A stretch of DNA of 63,203 nucleotides, the filler included, from Chiloscyllium plagiosum (taxonomy: Eukaryota): assembly GCF_004010195.1 (NCBI RefSeq). It is 4 parts of one record of this genome, joined end to end, with 100 filler letters (N's around TTAATTAATTAA, not from the genome) between each part and the next. Parts side by side here need not be neighbours in the genome. Positions count along the whole stretch, not along the records: positions 9,039 to 36,329 come from NC_057713.1; 3 more parts are not named here. One strand, written 5' to 3'. Under the pieces are notes generated by a model. The model had not been told where the DNA came from, did not search any database, and saw only the letters and a program-made list of their open reading frames with translations. Positions 11,060 through 23,045 of the stretch are shown here, piece by piece; the stretch's first letter is position 1; each line of letters opens with the position of its first letter. Position numbers and translations under genes: made by a program.

Positions 11060-11545
11060 TTTGGTGTTGCCTTTCATCCTCCAGCCTCCCATGTTCTACC
11101 TTCTATACGCTTGAGATCATCCCAAAACGTCACTCACATCAAATGCTATTCGCTTATTACCCCTATGCTCACTGACCTACATTGGCTCAATTTGAAAAAT
11201 CTTGTTTCAAATTCCAGCATGGCAAAGGCTATCCTGATCTTTGTAGTCTTCTTAAGCTCTGAAATTCTTTGCAATCTATACCCTTGCAATTCTGAAACTC
11301 TTGTGCATTCTCTATTTCAGTTGCACTACCTCTGACAGCTGTGTCTAAAGCTGCCAATGCCCAATGCTCTGGGATCCCCCCCCCCCTAAATTTAAGACGT
11401 TCCTTAAACCTCTTCTTGATCAAACTTTGATTTTCTGACCTTGTATCTCTGTGTGGTTCAGTTTCATATTTTGTTTGATTTTGTCCCTGTGCAGCATCTG
11501 GGGTGTTTTGTTATGTTAGACAACCGATCTAAATGTAAGATCGTC
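11060..11545 (+). mobile_element. L2-clade LINE 3' fragment (degenerate)
   Basis: Peptide LITPMLTDLHWL resembles the L2 ORF2 C-terminal motif HITPxLxxLHWLP. Related copy at 18895-19450 (-). Confidence 0.65.
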
Positions 11546-11822
11546 TTATAAAAATTACATTAATTGTTGGGTACTTTCAATAATGTAAAATGCCTGTTTC
11601 TAAAAGTACTTCTCGGAGCCTGGTACAATTTGGGGTGGTGAGGAGTGATGGATGGACCAAAGCCAGCTTGAAGAAATAGATTTGAAAGGATGGAAAGGTA
11701 GAAAATATGGGGAAAGCGGAGGACACGGATTGAGACAGCAGGAACCTGTCACCAACAGCGTGGAATACATGAGATATGAGAGGCTGGGAGCAGTGGGTAT
11801 GGGAAAACTGGGAAAGGTGGCC

Positions 11823-12737
11823 GAGTCGTAGAGATCTGCAGCATGGAAGCAGACCCTTCGGTCCAACCTGTCCATACCAACAAGATATCCCAACCCAATC
11901 TAGTCCCACCTGCCAGCACTCGGCCCATATCCCTCCAAACCCTTCTCTGGCAGCTCATTCCATACACGTACCACCCTCTGCGTGAAACAGTTGCCCCTTA
12001 GGTCTCTTTTATATCTTTCCCTTCTCACCCTAAACCTATGCCCTCTGGTTCTGGCCTTCCGACCCCAGGAAAAAGACTTTGCCTATTTATCCTATCCATG
12101 CCCCTCATAATTTTGTAAACCTCCAAAAGGTCATCCCTCAGCCTCCGACGCTCCAGGGAAAATAGCCCCAGCCTGTTCAACCTCTCCCTATAGCTCAGAT
12201 CCTCCAACCCTGGCAACATCCTTGTAAATCTTTTCTGAACCCTTTCAAGTTTCACAACATCTTTCCGATAGGAAGGAGACCAGAANNNNNNNNNNNNNNN
12301 NNNNNNNNNNNNNNNNNNNNNNNNNNNNNNNNNNNNNNNNNNNNNNNNNNNNNNNNNNNNNNNNNNNNNNNNNNNNNNNNNNNNNNNNNNNNNNNNNNNN
12401 NNNNNNNNNNNNNNNNNNNNNNNNNNNNNNNNNNNNNNNNNNNTCCAATTTTGGTGTCATCTGCAAACTTATTAACTGTACCTCTTATGCTCGCATCCAA
12501 ATCATTTATGTAAATGACAAAAAGTAGAGGGCCCAGCACCGATCCTTGTGGTACTCCACTGGTCACAGGCCTCCAGTCTGAAAAACAACCCTCCGCCACC
12601 ACCCTCTGTCTTCTATCTTTCAGCCAGTTCTGTATTCAAATGGCTAGTTCTTCCTGTATTCCATTCCTTGCTAATCAGTCTCCCATGGGGAACCTTGTCG
12701 AACGCCTTACTGAAGTCCATATAGATCACATCTACTG
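11823..12737 (-). mobile_element. CR1/HER1 LINE 3' part (spans N gap)
   Basis: [23 protein letters not shown]...FADDTK; LERVQKRFTRMLPGL; 3' tail. Confidence 0.92.
12286..12443. other. Assembly gap (158 N)
   Basis: Plain N run with no linker, inside a CR1 copy. Confidence 0.97.
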
Positions 12738-12837
12738 CCAAGTATGTTTGTCAAGGGCTTTGACTGATGTGTGGATGTAATGTTGGTGTGTCACTTTGTT
12801 TAGCTGGGAGGTAGAACAGGGCTTAGTATGGCACAAT

Positions 12838-14232
12838 AGTGTCATAGAGATGTACAGCACGGAAACGGACCCTTCAGTCCCAACTCGCTCATGCCGACCA
12901 GATATCCCAGTGCCCAACCCATATCCCTTCATACCCTTCCTGTTCATATACCATCCAGATGCCTTTTATACTATTGTACCAGCCTCCATCACTTCCTCTC
13001 GCAGCTCATTCCATACACATACCACACTCTGCGTGAAAAAGTTGCCCCTTAGGTCTCTTTTATATCTTTCCTCTCTCACCCTTAACCTCTAGTTCTGGAC
13101 TCCCCCAACCCAGGGAAAAGACCTTGTCTATTTATCCTATCCATATCCCTTATGATTTTATAAACCTCTATAAGGTCACCCCTCAGCCTCCAACACTCCA
13201 GGGAAAATAGCCCTGGCCTATTCAACCTCTCCCTATAGCTCAAATCCTCCAACCCTGGCAACATTCTTGTAAATCTTTTCTGAACCCTTTCAAGTTTCAC
13301 AACGTCCTTCTAGTAGGAATGAGACCAGAATTGCACACAATATTCCAAAAGTGGCCTAACCAATGTCCTGTACAAACACAACATGACCTCGCAACTCCTA
13401 TATTCAATACTCTGACCAATAAAGGAAAGCATACCAAATGCCTTCTTCACTACCCTATCTACCTGCGACTCCACTTTCAAGGAACTATGAACCTGCACTC
13501 CAAGGTCTCTTTGTTCAGCAACACTCCCTAGGACCTTATTATTAAGTGTATAAGTCTTGCTAAGATTTGCTTTTCCAAATGCAGCACTTCACATTTTTCT
13601 AAATAAAACTCCATCTACCACTTCTCAGCCCATTGGCCCATCTGATCAAGATCCCATTGTAATCTGCGGTAACCTTTTTTTGCTGTCCACTACACCTCCA
13701 ATTTTGGTGTTATCAGCAAACGTACTAACTGTACCTCTTATGCTCGCATCAAATCATTTGTATAAATGATGAAAAGTGGCACTCCACTGGTCACAAGCCT
13801 CCAGATTGAAAAATAACCCTCCACCACCACCCTCTGTCTTCTACCTTTGAACCAGTTCTATATCCAAATGTTCTCCCTGTATTCCATGAGATCTAACCTT
13901 GCTAACCAATTTCCCATGGGGAACCTTGTTCAATGCCTTACTGAAGTCCATATAGATCACATCTACCAGTCTGCCCTCATCAATCCTCTTTGTTACTTCT
14001 TCAAAAAACTCAAGTTGATTTCCCACGCACAAAGCCATGTTGACCATCCCTAATCAGTCCTTGCTTTTCCAAATATGTACATCCTGTCCCTCAGGATTCC
14101 CTTCAACAACTGCCCACCACCGATGTCAGGCTCACTGGTCTGTAGTTCCCTGGCTTGTCCTTACCACCCTTCTTAAACAGTGGCACCACGTTAGCCAACC
14201 TTCAGCCTTCCGGCACCTCACCTGTGACTATG
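12838..14232 (-). mobile_element. CR1/HER1 LINE, 5'-truncated and frameshifted
   Basis: VDVIYMDFSKALNKVPH; LYRTLVRPLLEYCVQFW; LERVQKRFTRML; 3' tail. Confidence 0.92.
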
Positions 14233-15479
14233 GATAAGGGCAGTGATGATTCAAATAGTAGTCTGGTCAGTGATTCCAGTGGTGAAAGAGCTGTATTTGT
14301 GGTGAACAAGGGCAGTACTGCTCAGAAGAATTCTTGGCGATTGTTGAAGTGTAAGATTGCAACTCGATTTGGACAAGCAGCATCTGAATAGTGGCTTAAT
14401 GAGTACGTGTGAAGTGGGATTGGTGGCAAGGGAATGGAATGATGTGAAGTCAAAATAATGGCCTCTGTCTTGGAACATGAACAGAAATGAGTTTTTTGTA
14501 CAAAGCAGACAATGGAGACATTATAAATAGTGAAAGATACGTGCTTCAGAAAGCAGTATCTGGCGTTTTGTACTCCAGGTTTGGATACATTGGTCATGTT
14601 TGAAGATGCACTGAGAGTTATGTCACTTCAGTTTCATTTTAAGAGCCTTTTAAATTGCTTTGCTTAAACTTCTGTTGTCCCAAGGTGTGCCTATTTAATA
14701 GGCAGTGATGCAAGTTTAAAGGCATGGGTGATACAGTGGCTTTCTTGTGTTGAGCTGGGGTGGAAGAGAGTGAAATAGCCCAGAATAAATTTCAGAAAAT
14801 GAAACGCTGCATCCACAATTTGGAACATTGTAGACTTTGCTTTATCATTGTTAAATTGTATCTTAACTTTTAACCTACAAAAATGTTACTCTTAAAATTT
14901 GCAAGATTCAAGAATAAAATTGAATTTCTGATTTGCGTCTGAAACATTTCCACTGTTTGGAACTCTCTCTGTTGTAGGGGTTCACCCTGAGAGAAAGGTT
15001 GCCCTTCTTCAGATGTGGGAAGGGGAAATCTGTAGTTCAGACTTTCTGTTTATGTTTGAAAATCTTTTAAACTTCTTTGCAAATGCACACTTTATCAAGT
15101 ACAACATTGTGTGCTGCTGTGTCACAGCAGAATTTTGCTGGCAACTTTGCACTACCAGATTTGTTGCTATTCCTTCACCTCGCACTATCGGAACAAAAGG
15201 CCACTGTAGCTACATGAGTGCCGGCAGGCTGAAAAAAATGCTGATGGAAACCTTTTTTGCTGGTTTGACATAAAGATGGAATTTTGTTTTGCAGCTCCCC
15301 TCTCAGGCATGGTTTTTGCACATGGATTTGTTAATTTAACTCGCTGTAACTGTTTATAAGGAGAATACCGTGGTTCAAAAGTATGCTGACTATCTCCACC
15401 TACAAGATGCATCACGCTGCTTGATCAGAAATAAAAATAGAAAGTGCTAGAGTAACTTAACATGTCTGTCAGCATCTGT

Positions 15480-15818
15480 GGGGCAGCATGGTGGTTCAGT
15501 AGTTAGCAGTGCTGCCTCACAATGCCAGGGGCCTGGGTTTGATTCCAGCCTTGGATAAAGCACATGTGGGGTTTGCACATTCTCATATTGTCGGGGTGCT
15601 CCAGTTTTCTCCCACAGTACAAAGGTGTGCAGGCTAGGTGAATTGGCCATAAATTGTTGGTAGTGTCCAGGGATTTGCAACGTAGGTGGTTTGCCATGGT
15701 AAAATACGGGATTACAGGGATAGGATGGGGGGTGGGTTTGAGTGGGATGCTGTTTGGAGGGTTGGTGCAGACTTGATGGGCATATTGGCCTCTTTCCACA
15801 GTAGGGATTCTATGATTC
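15480..15818 (+). mobile_element. HE1-type V-SINE (diverged)
   Basis: Head gggcagcatggtggttcagtagttagc, B-box-like ggtttgattcc, V-domain and tail agggattctatgattct. Confidence 0.82.
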
Positions 15819-15852
15819 TCTGCTTCTAAGAGAGAAACCGAACCACTGGAAG

Positions 15853-17430
15853 ATAGAAATAGGAGTGGGATTAGGCCATTCAGCCCATCATGGCTGATGC
15901 TCTGTCTCAACACCATACTGACTCCTTTACACCTTAAGCTGCCAGAAGTGTTTCATTCTTAAATATATTCAGTAACTTGCCTTCCACAGCTTTTCTGTGG
16001 GAGAGAATGCTCTTGTTTGCCATCCCTGAGTGAAGATATTTTTCACGGCCTATCCCATATCCTGAGACTGTGACCCCTTATTTTGGGTCCTCTGGCACAG
16101 GGAATCATCACTGCAACCAGTCTGATTAGAAATTTATGGGATTCCCTCTCATTCTCAAAACTCCAATGAATACTGATGCAGTCAATGCAATCTCCTTAGG
16201 GGAAAAACTTGAGAGCCCAGGAATCAGTCTGCTGAAACTTTACATTTCCTCTCTGGAAAGTATATCTTTTAGACTTGGTATTTCCAGTCTGATTTTTTTC
16301 TTTTTCAAACTCTTGCTCTGTGAATTTGTAAGAAAGGACAGTACTCCAGAAATGAAAAAGGCTATTTGATCCCACATTGAGTGCATGAACTCTTATCATA
16401 TCTAATTAAACAAGTGTTTATTGGTTTCTCACATTTTACTTACTCTTCCTGTCAAGGTGAGGAAAATCAATTATGGATTCCAAATGGAAATTAGAAAGTA
16501 ATTGAAGGGATAAAATACGCAGAGCTTCAAGCGAAGGTGGAAAAGTGAGACTGGCTGGATTGCTTCTGCGTTGCGTACCAATTCAGAATCCAGCAGGAGC
16601 CCACCTTGGGTAGAAAATCTACAGTCGAATGACCTTTGGAGAAAAATAAAACATTCTGCCGTCTCAGTCTTACATGGAAGACACCTAATAGTTTTAGACA
16701 AAGGGAAACATCCTCTTAACATCCACACTGTCGAGCCCCTTTGGGATCCCATAAGTTTCAATGTGATCACCTGTCATTCATATGAAGTCCAACGGGTGTA
16801 AGCCTAGTTTGTCCAATCCTTCGTCATAAAGCAACCCCTTCATCTCAGAAATCCATTGAGTGAACTGTTTCTCAACTACTTCTTGTGTTATTCAAGTAGG
16901 GAGACCAACACTACACACAGGATTATGGATGTCCAGCCAGCATGGACTCAATGGGCTGAATGGCCTTCACTTTTGTTGAGATCCTTCTGTGATTCTATTT
17001 CCCCTATTATACTCTACCTGTTGGTCTACTCAAGCCTTTGCAAATGCTTCATGCCTTCCTGAGAGCTTACTCTTCCACTTAACCTTTGTCATCAGAAAGC
17101 TGGGATGCATATTTGTTGCCTTCATTATGTTTGTTAAAGTATTTTGTAAATATCTGAGACCTCACCACTCATCCTTGTGACACTTCACTAGTTACAGCCT
17201 GCCAAGTTAAAAGTGAGCTGTTAATCTTGATTCTCTGCTTCCTATTTGTTATCCAATCCATGCTATTAGACTTAACTCCAGGAGCGATTATCTTGTGTCG
17301 CCTTATCAAATGTTGTTTGAAAATCCAAATGCCCGTTAGTACGAGTTTCCTCTTTATCTACCCTGTTACTTACATCCTCAATGTAAAAAAAGCTAATAGA
17401 TTTGTCAAACATGATTTCCCTTTCATCACT
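15853..17430 (-). mobile_element. Patchwork of old CR1 fragments
   Basis: Antisense CR1 tail (atagaaataggagtgggattaggccattcagccc) and RT remnants (tttgtcaaacatgatttccc). Confidence 0.55.
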
Positions 17431-18281
17431 CACAGGGTTTTGAATCTTTGAAATTTTCTACCACACAGAGTGGTTGCTTGTTTGATCTGTATATTCAAGG
17501 CTGACTCATTTTAAAGGCTGGTTTAAAATAATTTTGAAATTATTTTTTCCATTACACTTAAGATTGTGAAACTTTAAACCCTCTACTTTAATCTTTTTTG
17601 CATTTTGTATCCTGTTGAAAGAAACTTTATCATGCCGGTGACAATACTGGTGTTTGTTCTCAATTTGGACTCGCCAGTGTATTGGAGAGTTTTAGTGTAA
17701 CAGCAGTGAGCTTGCACTGCTGTATTTTACATGAAAATCTTTTTATTGTATAGCTTTGCTATGGTGACAGTTACGTTAGCTTTACGTAGACTTTACGTGC
17801 AGAAGCAGACTGTTCAGCCAAACAGTGATGTCAGTAATTATGTTTCATATGAGCTGCCGTTATTTTTCATATGAAACCCAATCTGTTCTATACCTTGGTC
17901 ACTTTTGTAATTAAGGCACTCCCTTAAATGTATCTGTGCTGTTTGCCTGAACTACTCCATACTCTAGCCGTTGTCCAGGTACCTTCAGGTAGACAGTAGC
18001 AGTTTGAGATAGCAGCTCGTGATCATAAATAAGCACATGGGTGATGATGGGGTAGTGTAGGGGTTGAGCTGAGAATAGTTCACAGGTCGGTGCAACATCG
18101 AGGGCCGAAGGCCTGTTCTACACTGTTGTTCTATGTTCTATCACGTTCCCGGGACAATAATGCATGGGTAATAAATGTGCCCTAGCTAATGGTGCCCACA
18201 ACCCTGAATTAATATTGAAGTATGTTTCTCCTAGAATTTCCTGTAGTAAGTATCGGTACCTGTTATTTTTATGGCCCTTAG

Positions 18282-18361
18282 GTCTGGACTGTTCCACAGA
18301 TGCAAAGATGCTCTCTAAATTGATCCTAACAAATCCATTGAGTTTTAAAGACCCCTATCAG
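18282..18361 (+). CDS. Candidate exon of an unidentified gene: (G)LDCSTDAKMLSKLILTNPLSFKDPYQ, possibly containing the start ATG at 18308
   Basis: Acceptor ttatttttatggcccttag, donor CAG|gtcagt. 80 nt, open frame ending in phase 0, in unique sequence. ATG context gcaaagATGc. Confidence 0.5.
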
Positions 18362-18894
18362 GTCAGTTTAATTACAGTTGCATATATGTTCCACATAATT
18401 AGCTATGGTAAATCCCAGGACTCTGATGCTGTTGATGCTTAACTAGACAGGCTTTATTTCATTTTTGAATTTTTTTTAAGCAAATGTATCTTTTCAGTAA
18501 ACAAAGTTCTTTCGTTTTCACATTGCATGAAGCTCTTAGTTTATAACCATCACTACAGTTCAAAGGCTATAAAGCACTCTTGGACATCCAACAGTCATGC
18601 AAGTCAAGACAAAATTGCAAGGCTTACCTTTTATTTCAACTCTCAGTTGATTCTAAATGACATGAGTATCTTCAACCTATAGTTAGATCCTGGCTGAGGT
18701 TGACAGGAGGTGGAGTGAGTGAGAGAGTCTCACTTTGGCACAATGATATGAAAAAAGTCTCTTCTGAGTTTGAAATTAAAGGCGAATTTGTGAGTACTTT
18801 AGAGAGAATTTGTGGCAAGGGGTGTTCTAGACCTGAAATGTTTGCTATATGCCAGCAGAAGGTTCAGCTTTGTGTCCATTCAAAATGGATCAAC

Positions 18895-19450
18895 TGTAAC
18901 AACTTGAATTTATACACCTCAGTTAATGTAATAAATATTTCCCAATGTGCTCCATAGGTGTATTATAAAGCTGAGTATGATACTGAGCCATGTAAGGGGA
19001 CATTAAGGTATATCAGTAAGACTTGGTCAGAGATAAGTTTTAAAGACTGACTTGTAAGGAGGGAAGCAGAGAGGTGAGGTGGTGTCAGGAGGAAATTCCA
19101 GAGCGTGGGGCTCCACCAGTGAAGGCCCAGCTGCTGGTGGTAGAGCAATTAAAATTGAGGGCACTCTCGAAAGGCCATATTGGGGGAGTGCAGATTTTTC
19201 AAATTGAGAGGCTGGAGGATATTACTGGGATATGGAGGGGACAAGACTCTGGAGGGGTTTTAAATTGAAGATAATTTTAAAATCATAACTGTGTGATTGA
19301 CGAGGAGCAAGTGTAAGTTTAGGCATGGTCAGCAGAGTTTTAGATAACCTCAACCCCAAGTTTAGAGTTGGAGACCAATTGGGAGTGCATTGGAATTGAG
19401 TATAGAAGTAATAAAAGCACGAATAAGAGTTAAAAGCATAAATAACAAGG
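18895..19450 (-). mobile_element. L2-clade LINE 3' fragment (degenerate)
   Basis: Antisense counterpart of 11060-11545 (ctctggaatttcctc, cttaaaac..atctctgaccaag). Confidence 0.6.
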
Positions 19451-19574
19451 TTGGTTTTGTTTATGATAATTGCCTAATTGGAATTGTTGCATACTCTGTG
19501 CAGTTTAAGCCCATGAAGAAGTTTACTTCACTTTTTCGCTAAAGGCATACAGCATAATAAGAGCAGAAGCGGGC

Positions 19575-19840
19575 TTTTTTTTTCTTGTGGGATGTAGACA
19601 TTGCTAGCTGGCCAGCAGTTGTTAACTGTCCCTAACTACACTGGAGAAGGTGCTGGTGAGCTGCCGTTTTAAAACGCTGCAGTCCAAGTGCTGTGGGATA
19701 GACCCATAACGCTCTTAGGAAGGGAATTTCAGGATTTTGACACAGCAACACTGAAGAAAGAGCTTTACATTTCCAAGTCAGGATGGTGAGTGGTTTGGAA
19801 GGAAACATTCAGGTGGTGGTGTTCCTATGTATCACGTGCC
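19575..19840 (-). mobile_element. 3' end of a second LINE family (relatives at ~20700-20910, 37335-37630, 45640-45960, 56520-57190)
   Basis: Shared blocks caccaccacctg, ccatcctgacttggaaat, tcaaaatcctg and ggcagctcaccagcaccttctc. Confidence 0.65.
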
Positions 19841-20452
19841 TGTAATAAGATCTATCTCAGTGGTTTTTAAACCTTTCTTGGCGCAAATGGGTTAGTGATC
19901 ACAGTCATCTTCCATGGTATCGTACACAAAATGCTATTTTGTTGAAGTGTGTAACTGTGTGTCTTTTTAATCCTTATCCCTGCAATTGTTGCATCCTCAG
20001 CACCTAGGTGCTGTTCAAGGATTTTCTGATCATTGAACATTAAGCTAGATTTCTTTTCCTGGATACTTTAAAGAATAAATAAAAACCTCTCTTTTCTAAA
20101 TAGACTCCAAGTCAGTGTGAGGGTCTGGTTTATCTACCTTAAAATAATTAGAAGGTGCTTGCAGCAACTGAACCTTCAGTTCAGTGAGAGATCAATCTAA
20201 GTTTATTTTATATGATGCACATATCACACTAATAATTTTTTTATTCATACCTGTATTTGCCTTTTGGCAAGGTTTATAAACTTGACACTACATACAAGCA
20301 TTTAATTTTTAGAATGAGTTTACCCAGTCATACTAATAATTAATTAATGTACAGAAATAGATGCCCATGAGGAATCAACTCTCAAAATATGTTAACAACC
20401 ATGTATCTATGGTGTGCTTCCTGTGTTCAGATTCTCCTTTGTCCAAAAGTTG

Positions 20453-20685
20453 ACATAGAGTCATACTACACGTAAACAGGCATTTCAGTCCATGCCAACC
20501 ATAATTACAAACTAAACTATTCTCTCTGCCTGTGCTTGGCCCATATCCCTCCAAACCTTTCCTAGTCATGAACTTATCCAAATATCTTTTAAACATTGTC
20601 ACTGTACCAGCATCCACCACTTCCTCTGGAAGTTAATTCCTCACACAAACCATTCTATGTTTAAAAAAAAAAGCCGCTCATGTCT
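20453..20685 (-). mobile_element. CR1 LINE 3' end
   Basis: VVDAGTVTMFKRYLDKFM plus tail. Confidence 0.8.
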
Positions 20686-21795
20686 CTTCAAGGTATTTCT
20701 CATGGTTTACAGGCACATTGAAACATGCCTTGCAAATACCAGTCCAAACCGCATACCTTCCTGACTGGGATCTATATTGTCATTTCTTCCTTGTAGTTGG
20801 GTGAAAGTACTCAAGCACCCCATCCAATGGCCATTACACTGTGCAGTTCACCACCAGGATATTCAGGGACAGACAACAGATACTGTCACTTTGCTAGTGA
20901 CATTCCTTGAACATGTCAGCAGTGAGTAGCATTGAGACAGTTTAGAGACTTAGAAGGTGCTAGACAATTACAAGTTCATTAGTCCCTTTGAATGTGAAGA
21001 ATAGTTGCTTTGTTTCTGACCAGCGTTCCATCTGAATTTTCATTATGCGCTGCTTGTTTTAGTTCAAGGAAATTACTTTTCTGTAGCTGTCCATGGGGTA
21101 TCTTAGACAAAACAACTTGTTTCTGAGTGGTATGCACAATACCTTCATGATTGCTATGTTCATCTGCTGCTGTGCACTCTCCCTGCTTAGAGAGATCTTT
21201 AATAGGTCCCCCTCCACTCTGCTACCCCACCATTAAGCCTCAGTTTCTGACAACAAGTTGTAATCAATTTTAGAGAAATTGATGGATGTACCATCCTTTC
21301 CCAATACAAACAGTTATAACTAATGCATAAACAAAATACTGTGGTTGTTGGCAGTATGCAGTAAGTCAGGCAGCACCAGTGCAGAGAGAAGCAGAGTTAA
21401 CAGTTTGGATTGCTGCCATTTTGTTGAACCTGGGAAAAATTCGAGATGGGTCTGGCTTTGCAGTTGCAACAGATAGGAAAAGCGGGCTGTAAAGAATAAT
21501 TGAGGTGGGCAGTGATAGGCTAAGTGGCAGGAAAGATTAATGGAGCAATGATGCAGGCAATGGGGAAAACGCTAAGATGGCCATGGTATGCAAGTGGGAG
21601 AAGTGTATAATTACAATTTAGGAATTTCAATTTTAAATGTGGAAATTTGTACTGGATGGCTAAAATTAACCTGAAAAATGGGGGACTGAATTGCAATAGT
21701 CTCCTCTGGTTTATTTACTCCTCTCTTTAATCCTACTTCACTTAATTTCAAATCCATTATGCAACCATTAAGAAGCAACCACTATTATATATTAG

Positions 21796-21921
21796 GTAAA
21801 AATAATTACTGTAGATGCTGGAAACCAGAATCTGGATTAGAGTGGTGCTGGAAAAGCAAGCAGTTCAGACAGCATCCAAGGAGCAGGAAAATCGACGTTT
21901 CGGGCAAAAGCCCTTCACCAG
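21796..21921 (-). mobile_element. Single-arm PLE pLTR insertion ending at the hammerhead core
   Basis: Perfect 14-bp TSD ctattatatattag (21782-21795, 21922-21935). Minus strand starts CUGGUGA-A-GGGC-UUUU-GCCC-GAAA-CG-UC (core A6->G). Confidence 0.88.
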
Positions 21922-22077
21922 CTATTATATATTAGCCTACAAGTGTGTGCACTCCCTGGACAAACCTGTCATTATCAATGGATTTGTCTGCATTTAAAAC
22001 AAAAGTCTGTGCTCTCTGCCTCCAGAACTGTATAGGTTGCTGTCACTGCCTAGGCAGCAGCAGGGCCTGTGCAAAAA

Positions 22078-22397
22078 TTAGATTAGATTAGATTACTTAG
22101 TGTGGAAACAGGCCCTTCGGCCCAACAAGTCCACACTGACCCACCGAAGCGCAACCCACCCAGACCCATTCCCTTACGTTTACCCCTTCACCTAACACTA
22201 CGGGCAATTTAGCATGGCCAATTCGCCTAACCAGCACATATTTGGACTGTGGGAGGAAACCGGAGCACCGGGAGAAAACCCACGCAGACACGGGGAGAAT
22301 GTGCAAACTCCACACAGTCAGTCACCTGAGGTGGGAATTGAACACGGGTCTCTGGCACTGTGAGGCAGCAGTACTAACCACTGTGCCACCATGCCGC
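22078..22397 (-). mobile_element. HE1-type V-SINE, full length
   Basis: A-box TGGCACAGTGG, B-box-like GTTCAATTCC, V-domain and (AATCT)n tail. Confidence 0.93.
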
Positions 22398-22740
22398 ACA
22401 TAGCTTCCTGCATCAAAGATTGGGTCCATCCATAACACACAACAATCCAAACCTGTTCTAGCAATTGCCAAAATGTGTTCTGTTTCAAATATTGTGTGAT
22501 TTTGCTCTGGCAGCCTGATATGAACCTCCGAATTGTAGTTCACAGAGCCCAGCAAGGTGTAGAGCTAGATAGCACAGCGAGCTGAGCCAAGCAGACAGCA
22601 GCCAACCACCATGCCTTTTGGAGTGCTGAGCATGTGTGTGTGTATGCATATGCAATAATGTCACTGACATTGCAGTTGTGTCTTTTGGCAAGGTGGTTGT
22701 CAACTTTCTATTCCAGGCACACATTAATTGGGCCTGTATT

Positions 22741-23045
22741 GGGTGGCATGGTGGCTCAGTGGTTAGCACTGCTGCCTCAGCACCAGGGTCCGTGGTTCGA
22801 TTCCAGCCTTGGGTGACTGTGTGGAGTTTGCACATTCTCCCCATGTCTGTGTGGGTTTCGTCTGGGTGCTCCAGTTTCCTCCCACAGTCCAAAGATGTGT
22901 AGGTTAGGTGAATTGACCATGCTAAATTGTCTATATTGTATTAGTCAGAGGGAAATGGATCTGGGTGGGTTACTCTTCGGAGGGTCAGTGTGAACATGGT
23001 GGGCCGAAGGGCCTGTTTCCACACTGTAGGGAATCTAATCCAATC
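22741..23045 (+). mobile_element. HE1-type V-SINE, full length
   Basis: A-box TGGCTCAGTGG, B-box GGTTCGATTCC, V-domain and tail gggaatctaatc. Confidence 0.92.

Noticed and set aside
14242..14387. C/D-box snoRNA (GTGATGA...CTGA); similar case at 26292-26390
   Set aside because: No terminal stem at the first site, no proper D box at the second, and no recognisable rRNA guide.
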